DNA of 64,000 nucleotides from an uncultured delta proteobacterium (GTDB lineage Bacteria; Desulfobacterota; Binatia; Binatales; Binataceae), in assembly GCA_963808235.1 (NCBI GenBank), contig CAWEEQ010000004.1:3744001-3808000 (forward strand), given 5' to 3'. The stretch's first letter is position 1. Each line of letters starts with the position of its first letter. Of the stretch, positions 1-8,147 are shown piece after piece. Below the pieces are notes generated by a model. The model did not search any database and had not been told where the DNA came from. It worked only from the letters and a program-made list of their open reading frames with translations. The position numbers and the translations under genes are program-made.

Positions 1-1083
1 ACGACCATCGGCGCGGCCAATTATCTGCTCAACGAAAATGAGCATCTCGGACGCGCGCTCAGGGCTCGGGCGCGGCGATGGCTCCGGCGCTGGACGGTGT
101 CGGACGGGCTGGTCGATCCCGAGCCGGCGGCGATTGCGGCGCTCGGACGTCATCAGATGTCGGCGCGTTCCTATTCGCCGACCGCGTTGCAGAACTTCGC
201 CGCCTGCCCGTATCGATTTTTCCTGCAAGCGATTCATCGGCTGGAGCCGCGCGAGGAACCCGAAGCGATCGAGGCGCTCGATCCGCTGACGCGGGGCGGA
301 CTGTTTGCGGAAGTTCAATACGAAATCCTGTCGGCGCTGCGCGAGATCGAAGCGTTGCCGGTCACGCCGGAAACTCTCGACGACGCATTCGATTTGCTCG
401 ACGAGCAGTTGGAGAAAGTCGCGGCGAGTTCACATGACAAGCTGGCGCCCGCGATCGAGCGGGTCTGGCGCGATGGAATCGACTCGATCCGTGCCGACTT
501 GCGTGAATGGCTCCGGCGCGCGGCAAGCGATCCGGAGCACTGGCGGCCCGAATGGTTCGAGCTTGGGTTCGGACTGAGCGATCGGGAGCAGGCGGATCCG
601 CGCAGTTCGACGGCGCCGGTTGAAATCGAAGGCGGTCTTCGCTTGCGCGGGTCGATCGATCTGCTCGAGCGCGATCCGGCGGGACGAATTCGAGTGACCG
701 ATCACAAGACCGGAAAAGTCCGCGCCGCGAAGAATTTCGTGATCGGCGGAGGCAAGACTCTGCAGCCGGTTTTTTATGCGCTCGCCGCGGAAAAGGTTTT
801 GCACGAGCCGATATACGCGGGACGCCTTTATTACTGCACAGCGACCGGCGGCTACGAGGAGCGCGTGGTCGAGATCGACGAACGCGCGCGAATCGCGGCG
901 CGCGATTTCGCCACGATCGTCAGAGAGGCTCTGGAGGCGGGTTTCCTGCCCGCCGCGCCGGATGCTCGAGAATGCGATTGGTGCGACTACAAGCGCGTCT
1001 GCGGACCATACGAGGAGCGGCGCGTGGCGATGAAACCCAAAGCGCGGCTTGCGTCGCTCAAGAAGCTTCGCGAGATGTCGTGA
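1..1083 (+). CDS. addB: AddB/RexB-like PD-(D/E)XK nuclease subunit, C-terminal part (gene runs off the left edge)
   Basis: Frame 1 is open from base 1. Motifs SPTALQNFAACPYRFF, RGSIDLLE...VTDHKTG, LQPVFY and CDWCDYKRVC (Fe-S staple cysteines). Directly upstream of a UvrD-family helicase-nuclease. Confidence 0.8.
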   Translation, partial: TTIGAANYLLNENEHLGRALRARARRWLRRWTVSDGLVDPEPAAIAALGRHQMSARSYSPTALQNFAACPYRFFLQAIHRLEPREEPEAIEALDPLTRGGLFAEVQYEILSALREIEALPVTPETLDDAFDLLDEQLEKVAASSHDKLAPAIERVWRDGIDSIRADLREWLRRAASDPEHWRPEWFELGFGLSDREQADPRSSTAPVEIEGGLRLRGSIDLLERDPAGRIRVTDHKTGKVRAAKNFVIGGGKTLQPVFYALAAEKVLHEPIYAGRLYYCTATGGYEERVVEIDERARIAARDFATIVREALEAGFLPAAPDARECDWCDYKRVCGPYEERRVAMKPKARLASLKKLREMS

Positions 1084-1088
1084 CCCCG

Positions 1089-4000
1089 ATGAATACGACC
1101 AGCATCGCCGATCAGCAGGTGCGCGCGCGGATTCGCGACGACCTCGAAACCACCCTGGTGATCGAGGCGGCGGCAGGAACCGGCAAGACGACGGCGCTGG
1201 TGAATCGAATCGTGTCGGTGGTCGGCTCAGGGCGGGGCGAACTCGCGCGGATCGTCGCGGTGACGTTCACCGAGAAAGCGGCGGGCGAGTTGAAGCTCCG
1301 ACTGCGCGGCGAGATCGAGCAGGCGCGTCATGCGCCCGGACTTACTCGCGAGGTCAGCGCGCGCCTTGACGAAGCGCTCCGGCAACTCGAAGAAGCGCGA
1401 ATCGGCACGATTCATTCTTTTTGCGCAGACCTGCTGCGCGAGCGGCCGGTGGAGGCGCAGGTCGATCCGCGGTTCGAAGTCGCGCCCGAGGAAATCTCCG
1501 GGGAGATGTTCGACGCGGCGTTCGATCGATGGTTCGAAAAGGTGCTCGCCAATCCCGGCGAAGGGATGCGCCGATTGCTCAGGAGGCGCGACTTGTCGGC
1601 GCGCAGCGGTCCGCGAGCGATCGCGCGGCGCGCGGCGAACGAACTTCTGAACTGGCGCGACTTCGATACGCCGTGGCAACCCTCGCCGCTCGCGCGGGAC
1701 GGCGAGATCGACGCGATCGTCGCCGAAGTTGAGGCGCTGGGCGAACTCGCACGCACCGCGGAGCCTGACGACTGGCTGGGCAAGGGCCTCGACGCGATCG
1801 CGCGTCCGGTGCGTGAAGCGACCCGCCTGGAAGCGGTGCGGGGCCGCGACTACGACGCGCTCGAAGCGGTGCTGGTATCGCTCGCGACCGGCAGGCGCTG
1901 GGAGTGGAAGGGATACGGAGGCGGATTTGGCGATGTCGAGCGCGGCGAAGTTTTCCGCCGGCGCGCCGAGTTGCACGAGCGGCTCAAGAAGTTCCGTGAC
2001 GACGCGGGGGCAAATCTGGCGCCGATTCTGCGCGAAGAATTGTGGCCGATGGTCGCGATCTACGAAGACATGAAGCGGCGCGCGGGCCGGCTCGATTTCC
2101 TCGACTTGCTGCTGGTCGCGCGCAATCTCGTCCGCGACAATCCGGCGGTGCGCGCTGAATTGCAGGATCGATTCACGCACATCTTTGTCGATGAATTCCA
2201 GGATACCGATCCGCTGCAGGCGGAAATTCTGCTCCTGCTCTCGTCCGCAGATCCCGTCGAGTCGAATTGGCGGCAAGTACAACCGCGTCCGGGCAAGCTG
2301 TTTATCGTCGGCGATCCCAAGCAATCGATTTACCGTTTCCGCCGCGCCGACGTTTCGCTCTACCAGGACGTGAAACAAATGCTGCTCAGCCGCGGCGCCG
2401 CGCTCGAGAATCTCACCGTGAGTTTTCGCGCGACGCCTCAGATTCAAGATGCGGTGAATGCGGCATTTGCGCCGTTGATGAGCGAGGAATCGCGCACGCA
2501 GCCGGTCTATGCGCCGTTGACGCCGTTTCGTGCCGGTGTGGAGACACAACCCTCGATCGTCGTGCTCCCGGTGCCGGAGCCGTACGGCGATTTCGGGCGC
2601 GTGGTTGATTGGAAGATCGACGAGTCGATTCCCGAGGCGATTGCCGCGTATGCGCGATGGCTCGTGGTCGAGAGCGGATGGACGGTGACCGAGCGCGAGG
2701 CGCCCGAGGTGCGGGTGCCGATTCGTCCCCGGCACATATGTATTTTGTTCCGCCGCATGAATTCGTTCGGACGCGACGTGACGCGGCCTTATTTGCGCGC
2801 GCTCGAAGCGCGCCATCTGCCGCATGTGCTGGTCAAGGGTGGTTCATTCAACGAGCGCGAGGAAGTGATCGCGATCCGAAATCTGCTTGGTGCGATCGAA
2901 CGTCCCGAAGACGAGTTGCTGGTGTTTGCGGCGCTGCGCGGGCCGATCTTCGCGCTGTCGGATGCCGCGCTGCTCGAATTCCATGAGACGCAGGGCAGCC
3001 TGCATCCATTTCGCAAGCTGAAACCCGAGCCATCGCAAAGCGTTCTCGAAGTGAGCCGCGCGCTCGAGGTGATCAAGGGATTGCATCGCGGCCGAAATCG
3101 CCGCCCGATCGCGGAGACGCTCGCGATGCTGCTCGCGAAGACGCGCGCGCACGCGGGAATCGCTATTTGGCCGACCGGCGAGCAGGCGCTCGCGAATATC
3201 ATGCGAATCATGGATCAGGCGCGGCGCTACGAGGCGAGAAGCGGTGCGACGTCGTTTCGCGCGTTCGTCGATGAACTCGAAGCGCGCGCCGAGCGCGACG
3301 AAGCCAGCGAGACGCCGATTGTGGAGGAAGGCACGGAGGGCGTGCGCATCATGACGGTGCATCGCGCGAAGGGCCTTGAGTTCCCGGTCGTCATCTTCGC
3401 GGACCCGACTTGCAACGAGACGCGCGCGGAGGCGTCGCGATATATCGAGCCGGCCGGCAAAATCGCGGCGATGGAACTTGCGGGATGCGCGCCGCGCGAG
3501 CTCCAGGAGCATCGCGAAGAAGAGCATCGCCGCGACAAGGAGGAAGCGATCCGCCTGCTCTACGTGGCGGCGACTCGCGCGCGCGATCTGATCGTGGTGC
3601 CGGCGGTTGGCGATGAGCTGCCGGGAATTGGCGACGGCGAAGATGACGGATGGCTCGCCAAGCTGAGTCCGGTCGTTTTTCCGGCGACGGCAAATCGGCG
3701 GGCTCCGCTGACGCGGACTCCCGCGGGATGCCCGGATTTCGGCGACGACAGCGTGCTCACGCGGCCCAATCGCGCGCCGGACAAGATGAAGTCGGTAGCG
3801 CCGGGACTTCATCGCGCGACGGCGGGCGCTCACCAGGTCGTTTGGTGGGATCCTTCGCGGCTCATCTTGCATGTCGAAGAGGCGATGGGGCTCAGGCAGA
3901 ACAAGCTGCTGCAGGCCGACGAGAACAAGCTAATCTCGATCCGCGGAATGAAGACGCACGAGGTCTGGACCGCGAAAAGAGTGGAGATGTTGGCGGCGGG

Positions 4001-4562
4001 AATCGCGCCATCGATTACCGTCGCGACTGCGACCGAGCTTGCGATTGCGCAGCCGGCGATTGGGCTTGAATTTGCAGGCGAGATAGCGGTTGAAGAAACC
4101 CGGCGCGATCGCGGAAGGCCGCATGGCAAGCGCTTCGGCACGCTGGTGCATCTGACGATGCTCCGGGCGGGATTCGACGCCGGCGCGAGCGAGGTCGGCA
4201 TGATCGCGGCGAGCGCCGGCAGGATGATCGGCGCGTCGCCGGATGAAGTCGCCGCGGCGACGGCGGCGGTAGTCGCAGCGCTCGATTCGGCGCTTATCCG
4301 GCGCGCCAAGAGCGCGGACCTCGTGATGCGCGAGTGTCCGCTGATGGTGCGGCTCGAAGACGGCGTCATGCTCGAAGGTATCGCGGACCTGGCGTTTGCC
4401 GAGGGATCTAGGCGCGCCGCCAAGTGGACGGTGGTCGATTTCAAAACCGACCTCGAGATCGCGCCGCGGCTCGACGAGTATCGCGCCCAGATCGGTCTAT
4501 ATATGCACGCGATCACGCAAAGCACGCGCCGCCCGTCTACGGGCGCGATCTTGTGGATTTGA
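1089..4562 (+). CDS. addA: AddA/UvrD-family ATP-dependent helicase with C-terminal nuclease
   Basis: AAAGTGKT Walker A, TFTEKAA, TIHSF, DEFQD, GDPKQSIYRFR, MTVHRAKGLEF, LYVAATRAR, and C-terminal GIADL..VVDFKT..Q..LY. ATG 5 nt after the addB stop. Confidence 0.85.
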   Translation: MNTTSIADQQVRARIRDDLETTLVIEAAAGTGKTTALVNRIVSVVGSGRGELARIVAVTFTEKAAGELKLRLRGEIEQARHAPGLTREVSARLDEALRQLEEARIGTIHSFCADLLRERPVEAQVDPRFEVAPEEISGEMFDAAFDRWFEKVLANPGEGMRRLLRRRDLSARSGPRAIARRAANELLNWRDFDTPWQPSPLARDGEIDAIVAEVEALGELARTAEPDDWLGKGLDAIARPVREATRLEAVRGRDYDALEAVLVSLATGRRWEWKGYGGGFGDVERGEVFRRRAELHERLKKFRDDAGANLAPILREELWPMVAIYEDMKRRAGRLDFLDLLLVARNLVRDNPAVRAELQDRFTHIFVDEFQDTDPLQAEILLLLSSADPVESNWRQVQPRPGKLFIVGDPKQSIYRFRRADVSLYQDVKQMLLSRGAALENLTVSFRATPQIQDAVNAAFAPLMSEESRTQPVYAPLTPFRAGVETQPSIVVLPVPEPYGDFGRVVDWKIDESIPEAIAAYARWLVVESGWTVTEREAPEVRVPIRPRHICILFRRMNSFGRDVTRPYLRALEARHLPHVLVKGGSFNEREEVIAIRNLLGAIERPEDELLVFAALRGPIFALSDAALLEFHETQGSLHPFRKLKPEPSQSVLEVSRALEVIKGLHRGRNRRPIAETLAMLLAKTRAHAGIAIWPTGEQALANIMRIMDQARRYEARSGATSFRAFVDELEARAERDEASETPIVEEGTEGVRIMTVHRAKGLEFPVVIFADPTCNETRAEASRYIEPAGKIAAMELAGCAPRELQEHREEEHRRDKEEAIRLLYVAATRARDLIVVPAVGDELPGIGDGEDDGWLAKLSPVVFPATANRRAPLTRTPAGCPDFGDDSVLTRPNRAPDKMKSVAPGLHRATAGAHQVVWWDPSRLILHVEEAMGLRQNKLLQADENKLISIRGMKTHEVWTAKRVEMLAAGIAPSITVATATELAIAQPAIGLEFAGEIAVEETRRDRGRPHGKRFGTLVHLTMLRAGFDAGASEVGMIAASAGRMIGASPDEVAAATAAVVAALDSALIRRAKSADLVMRECPLMVRLEDGVMLEGIADLAFAEGSRRAAKWTVVDFKTDLEIAPRLDEYRAQIGLYMHAITQSTRRPSTGAILWI

Positions 4563-4580
4563 GTTTCTTGCCGACTGGTT

Positions 4581-4614
4581 CCCCTTCCCTCGAGGGAAGG
4601 GGTCAGGGGTTAGG
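4581..4614. repeat. 22-bp perfect palindrome CCCCTTCCCTCGAGGGAAGGGG plus TCAGGGGTTAGG tail (REP-like element or terminator after addA)
   Basis: Palindrome at 4581-4602 read directly. Resembles the CCCTCTCCC..GGGAGAGGG..GGGGTGAGG class of intergenic repeats. Confidence 0.5.
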
Positions 4615-4691
4615 TAGGCCCGGTCCCACTCGCGCCGCCAAATATCTTCCGCTATTGCTTTGTGGTCAAATCTCGATTGAGGCGACTATCG

Positions 4692-5790
4692 ATGGCAATA
4701 GACATTATATACGGAGAACGAGTGACCGAGGGCGTCGAGGCGGACGCGAACACCGGTGGGCTGTGGCTGAACGGCGCCGACCTCGAGCGCGTCTCGGGCT
4801 GGACGCATAAGGCCGCAGGGATTCTGCAAGGGCGAGGTCTGCGTGCCGGTGCCGGCCGCGCGCCAAAGTGAGTTCGTTCACGGCGACGATTACAACCTGG
4901 CGGCGCTCGCGGAGATGCTCGGGCAGCCGATGGTCGCCGACGCGGAAAATCACGCGTACTGCTTTGGCGAGGCTGCGGACGAGCGCAAGCGAATCCTGAC
5001 CTCGCTCGACGCGCCGGATTTCAGCTTGCCCGATCTCGACGGCCGGACGCATTCGCTGTCGAAGTATCGCGGCAAAAAAGTTCTTCTCGTTTCATGGGCC
5101 TCGTGGTGAGGATGCCGCTTCGACCTGCCAGTCTGGCAGGCTCTTTACGAAGAACTCGGACCGAGTGGATTTGTGCCAATCGCGATCGCATTTGACAGCG
5201 GCGGCAATGCTGCCACCGAGCCGTGGATCAAGGCGGCCAAGCCCACTTATCCGTGCCTTATCGATCGACGCCACGTGGTCGCCGAGCTTTACGATATGGT
5301 CAATGTGCCGACCGCGGTCTGGATCGACGAGCGCGGCAAGATTGTCCGGCCGAGCGAGCCCGCGGGCGTGACCGACGCGTTCCGCAAGATGAATCGGACC
5401 AACTTTTCGATTCCTACCGACGCGATGAACGAGCTGCAGGCCAAGCGCAAAGCGTACCTCGATGCGCTTCGCGACTGGGTAGCGAAAGGCGCCAAGAGCA
5501 GGTTCGCGCTCGACGGGGCCGAGGTGCTCCGCCGGATGCATACTCCCGACGCCAAACAGGTGCGCGCCGCCGCAAACTTCCGGCTCGGCGAATATCTGTT
5601 CGAGCACGGCCACGCGGCTGCGGCGCAAAAGTATTTCGAAGAAGCGAAGCGGCTTCGTCCGGAGAGCTGGAATTACAAGCGCCAGGCATGGGCGCTCGAA
5701 GATCCGATGAAACCGGGCGGGCCCGAGTTCTGGGCCGCGGTCGATTCGCTCGGCGAAGGGAAATACTACCCCGGTGCCGAAGACATATAG
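4692..5790 (+). CDS. Thioredoxin-fold (ResA/TlpA-like, WAxxUGC motif) selenoprotein; Sec at TGA 5107-5109; apparent +1 frameshift at ~4812
   Basis: Three ORF pieces join. MAIDIIY...WTHK, one extra G at ~4812, PQGFCKGEVCVPVP...APDFSLPDLDG...KVLLVSWASW-TGA-GCRFDLPVWQ, continuing in frame into ORF 5173-5790. SECIS-like hairpin follows the TGA. Confidence 0.85.
5124..5140 (+). promoter_or_regulatory. Putative bacterial SECIS hairpin
   Basis: CCTGCCA-GTC-TGGCAGG stem-loop beginning 14 nt after the in-frame TGA. G-first apical loop resembles the E. coli fdhF SECIS minihelix. Confidence 0.75.
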
Positions 5791-6679
5791 CAATCGCGAG
5801 ATCCTGGTCGTGGGATATGGATCGTTGCTGAGCGGATACGGCCTGCTCGCGCAGCGGCGCGGCGGGGCGAGCCGGCTAATCGCGCGCGACGTCGAGCGGG
5901 TCTCGATTCGTAACGCGCGGCGCGGACTCGCCAAGCCGTCGAGTCACGGCAGTTACCTCGCGATGGATATCGAACCGGTCGATCGACGAGCGTCGATTAC
6001 CGCATCGACTGGACTGGGCGGCGTCGGAATCGGCGGCCTGCTTCTGACTTTCGATCGCGAGTGCGCGCCGCTGATTGCGCGGCGCGAGGAATACGAGGCC
6101 GGCGCGTTCGAGCGGCTGATTGGGCTGGCCGATCGCGCGGGCGTCCCGCTCGGCGAATACCTGATGGAGCTCGCAAGCGGAACGAATTTCGATCTGCTCG
6201 CGTATCGAATCGCACTCCGCACGATGCTCGGCTACACGTCGCCCGGCTACATTTTCCATCCGATCCAAATCGACGACGGGCGTATCGCGATAATCGCGAT
6301 AGGGTCAGGATTTGAAGGGAGCGGAGATCCGCGGATTGTGTCGCGGCGCCAGCAATTCGGGATGGATCGACTGCTCACGCTCGACGAGGCGCTGCGGCTC
6401 GAAATTCCCGATTTCGACCGCGCCGGACAAATCGGCTACTACGCCGAATGTCTGCTCGGCGGACTGCACGGAGTGGCGGTCGGCGATCTCGCGAATCGGT
6501 TCGACCCGGACGCTCCGTGGCTGCGCGAGCTCGACGATCACTTCGCACGAGTGGCGAGTGGCGAGCGGGCAAGATTTATCGAGGCCACCTCTCTGGATGA
6601 CGCGCGTTACGAGGCAAGGTTTTCCAGCCGTCATGAAAACCTTGCCGCGCTTCTGAAAACCGCGAGCGTGGAACCATGA
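5774..6679 (+). CDS. Hypothetical protein with gamma-glutamylcyclotransferase-like N-terminal motif
   Basis: 301-aa ORF starting ILVVGYGSLL (GGCT/ChaC-like YGSL), later RREEY. Overlaps both neighbours. Confidence 0.55.
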   Translation: MPKTYSNREILVVGYGSLLSGYGLLAQRRGGASRLIARDVERVSIRNARRGLAKPSSHGSYLAMDIEPVDRRASITASTGLGGVGIGGLLLTFDRECAPLIARREEYEAGAFERLIGLADRAGVPLGEYLMELASGTNFDLLAYRIALRTMLGYTSPGYIFHPIQIDDGRIAIIAIGSGFEGSGDPRIVSRRQQFGMDRLLTLDEALRLEIPDFDRAGQIGYYAECLLGGLHGVAVGDLANRFDPDAPWLRELDDHFARVASGERARFIEATSLDDARYEARFSSRHENLAALLKTASVEP

Positions 6680-7185
6680 CGACGCCTGTCGACTCGAAAT
6701 TTTCGATTCACGTGGCGAAGGAAAATCTGAAATTCTCCGCCGCGCATTTCATCGCCTATCCGGGATTCCGCGAGCCGCTGCATGGCCACAACTACCAGGT
6801 CGGTGTTTACGTCGAAGGCAAGCTCGCAAGCACCGGCTACGTGATCGATTTCGGGCTGATCAAAAAACTTACCAAAGAGATCGTCGATCGACTCGACGAG
6901 CGAACGATCATCCCGGCCAACAGCGATTGCCTGAAAATTGAAGGACCCAAGGACGGGAAGGTGCGAATCTTTTACGAGCGCGACGAGTTCGTGCTCCCCG
7001 CGGCCGACGTATGCCTGGTTCCGATCGTGCACAGCTCGGCGGAGGAACTCGCACGCTACATATGGAACGAGCTGGCGGCGGCGCTGATCGCACGCGGTGC
7101 ACTCAGGGAAGTGACGACGATGGAAATTTCAGTGGCCGAGGGTCCCGGCCAGTCGGCGCACTATCGCAGTCAGACCTCCTCCTAA
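6676..7185 (+). CDS. queD: 6-pyruvoyl-tetrahydropterin synthase / QueD family protein
   Basis: FSAAHF, LHGHNY, GYVIDFG and SSAEELA motifs; ATGA overlap with the upstream gene. Confidence 0.8.
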   Translation: MTTPVDSKFSIHVAKENLKFSAAHFIAYPGFREPLHGHNYQVGVYVEGKLASTGYVIDFGLIKKLTKEIVDRLDERTIIPANSDCLKIEGPKDGKVRIFYERDEFVLPAADVCLVPIVHSSAEELARYIWNELAAALIARGALREVTTMEISVAEGPGQSAHYRSQTSS

Positions 7186-7229
7186 GCTGAAGTTCATTCC
7201 GCGCGGGCGCAATTGCGATGGCGATCTCG
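7140..7229 (+). repeat. 90-bp direct repeat, left copy (includes the last 46 nt of the queD-like gene)
   Basis: GGGTCCCGGCC...GCGATCTCG is identical to 12650-12739; flanking bases differ. Confidence 0.95.
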
Positions 7230-7304
7230 TCGCCGCCCGAGAATCGCGGAGAAATTGACGCGGCGCCGCAGAAAATCCGGAAGATCGATCGACTCTCCGG
7301 AAAC

Positions 7305-7682
7305 TCAATCTCCTATTTTAATCGCTTCCGCGGTGCATGCGACTCTGGACCAACAGTCTCTAAGCAGCGCTCCCCCAGTGCCGCTCCCGCACGTGACGTT
7401 GGTGATCCCATTGGCGCTCATCGCGCCGGCTTTAGTCCGCAGTTGATCGGTCACGCCTTGCTCGGTTGGTTGATCGTCCCACAGAGCGAATTTGCATGCG
7501 CTGGCATCGATCGGCCCGAGCGTAGTGTATTTGAGACTGGCGAGATCGCCGGGTTGATACACTTTCACCTGTGCGGTCTGCTCAGGTACCACAGGAATGC
7601 CTTCCCGCAAATTGCAGCCCGCGACGACCACTACCAATAGTCCAGTACTCAATCCAGACAACATATTTTTGTAGCTAATCAT
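7305..7682 (-). CDS. RcsF-like lipoprotein (125 aa)
   Basis: GAGG RBS then MISYK...LLVVVVAG-C lipobox. Mature part VKVY...YTTLGPIDASAC...A..MSANGI...C...DCWSRVACTAEAI has the 4-Cys pattern and layout of E. coli RcsF. Confidence 0.7.
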   Translation of the reverse strand: MISYKNMLSGLSTGLLVVVVAGCNLREGIPVVPEQTAQVKVYQPGDLASLKYTTLGPIDASACKFALWDDQPTEQGVTDQLRTKAGAMSANGITNVTCGSGTGGALLRDCWSRVACTAEAIKIGD

Positions 7683-8147
7683 CGCTAACCTCGAATTTCC
7701 GTTTTTGAAACCGGATTCATTCGCATCAAGACCACGCGTTTGAAAACACAAAGTTGGAGCCCGGATTTGATTCCAAATACTTTGCAGGGCACCGCACCCG
7801 GCGCGTTCTGCCTCGCCTTGGTAAAAGAACACCGAAACTGGTGGCTTTCCTCTCTGAATTGTTTATTCCCCGCCGTGGGAATATGGCTCGGAGTGTGACA
7901 CTCGCGCAAGCGAAACAGTCCGTAAGGGCTACCGTTGAAAGGAGAAACTGAATCTAGACGCCTCTTCGCTTGCCGGCGGGCTGGCCGGATGCGTGTACGC
8001 GCCGCATAAACTTGACGCTCATTTTCGAGCCTTGCGACGCGAAAAAGCTAAATATATAAGGCGTTGCACGTATAGACCGTCAAGAGGTGTCCTAGTACAC
8101 TGCCACTGGCGTTGCATTACGCTCGGCTCTGAAGTCTTTACAGGGAC

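Noticed and set aside
1227-3872. Long antisense ORFs (532 and 342 aa) opposite addA, and similar ones opposite atpD, aroA, glnE and cobT
   Set aside because: Shadow ORFs of high-GC genes; no motifs, and the opposite strand has clear conserved genes.
1-4562. Helicase + nuclease pair as a possible anti-phage system
   Set aside because: Order and motifs match ordinary AddAB-type DNA repair enzymes.
6676-7185. QueD as a sign of a 7-deazaguanine (Dpd) DNA-modification island
   Set aside because: No dpdA/tgt, queC, queE or folE nearby; the island cargo is unrelated.
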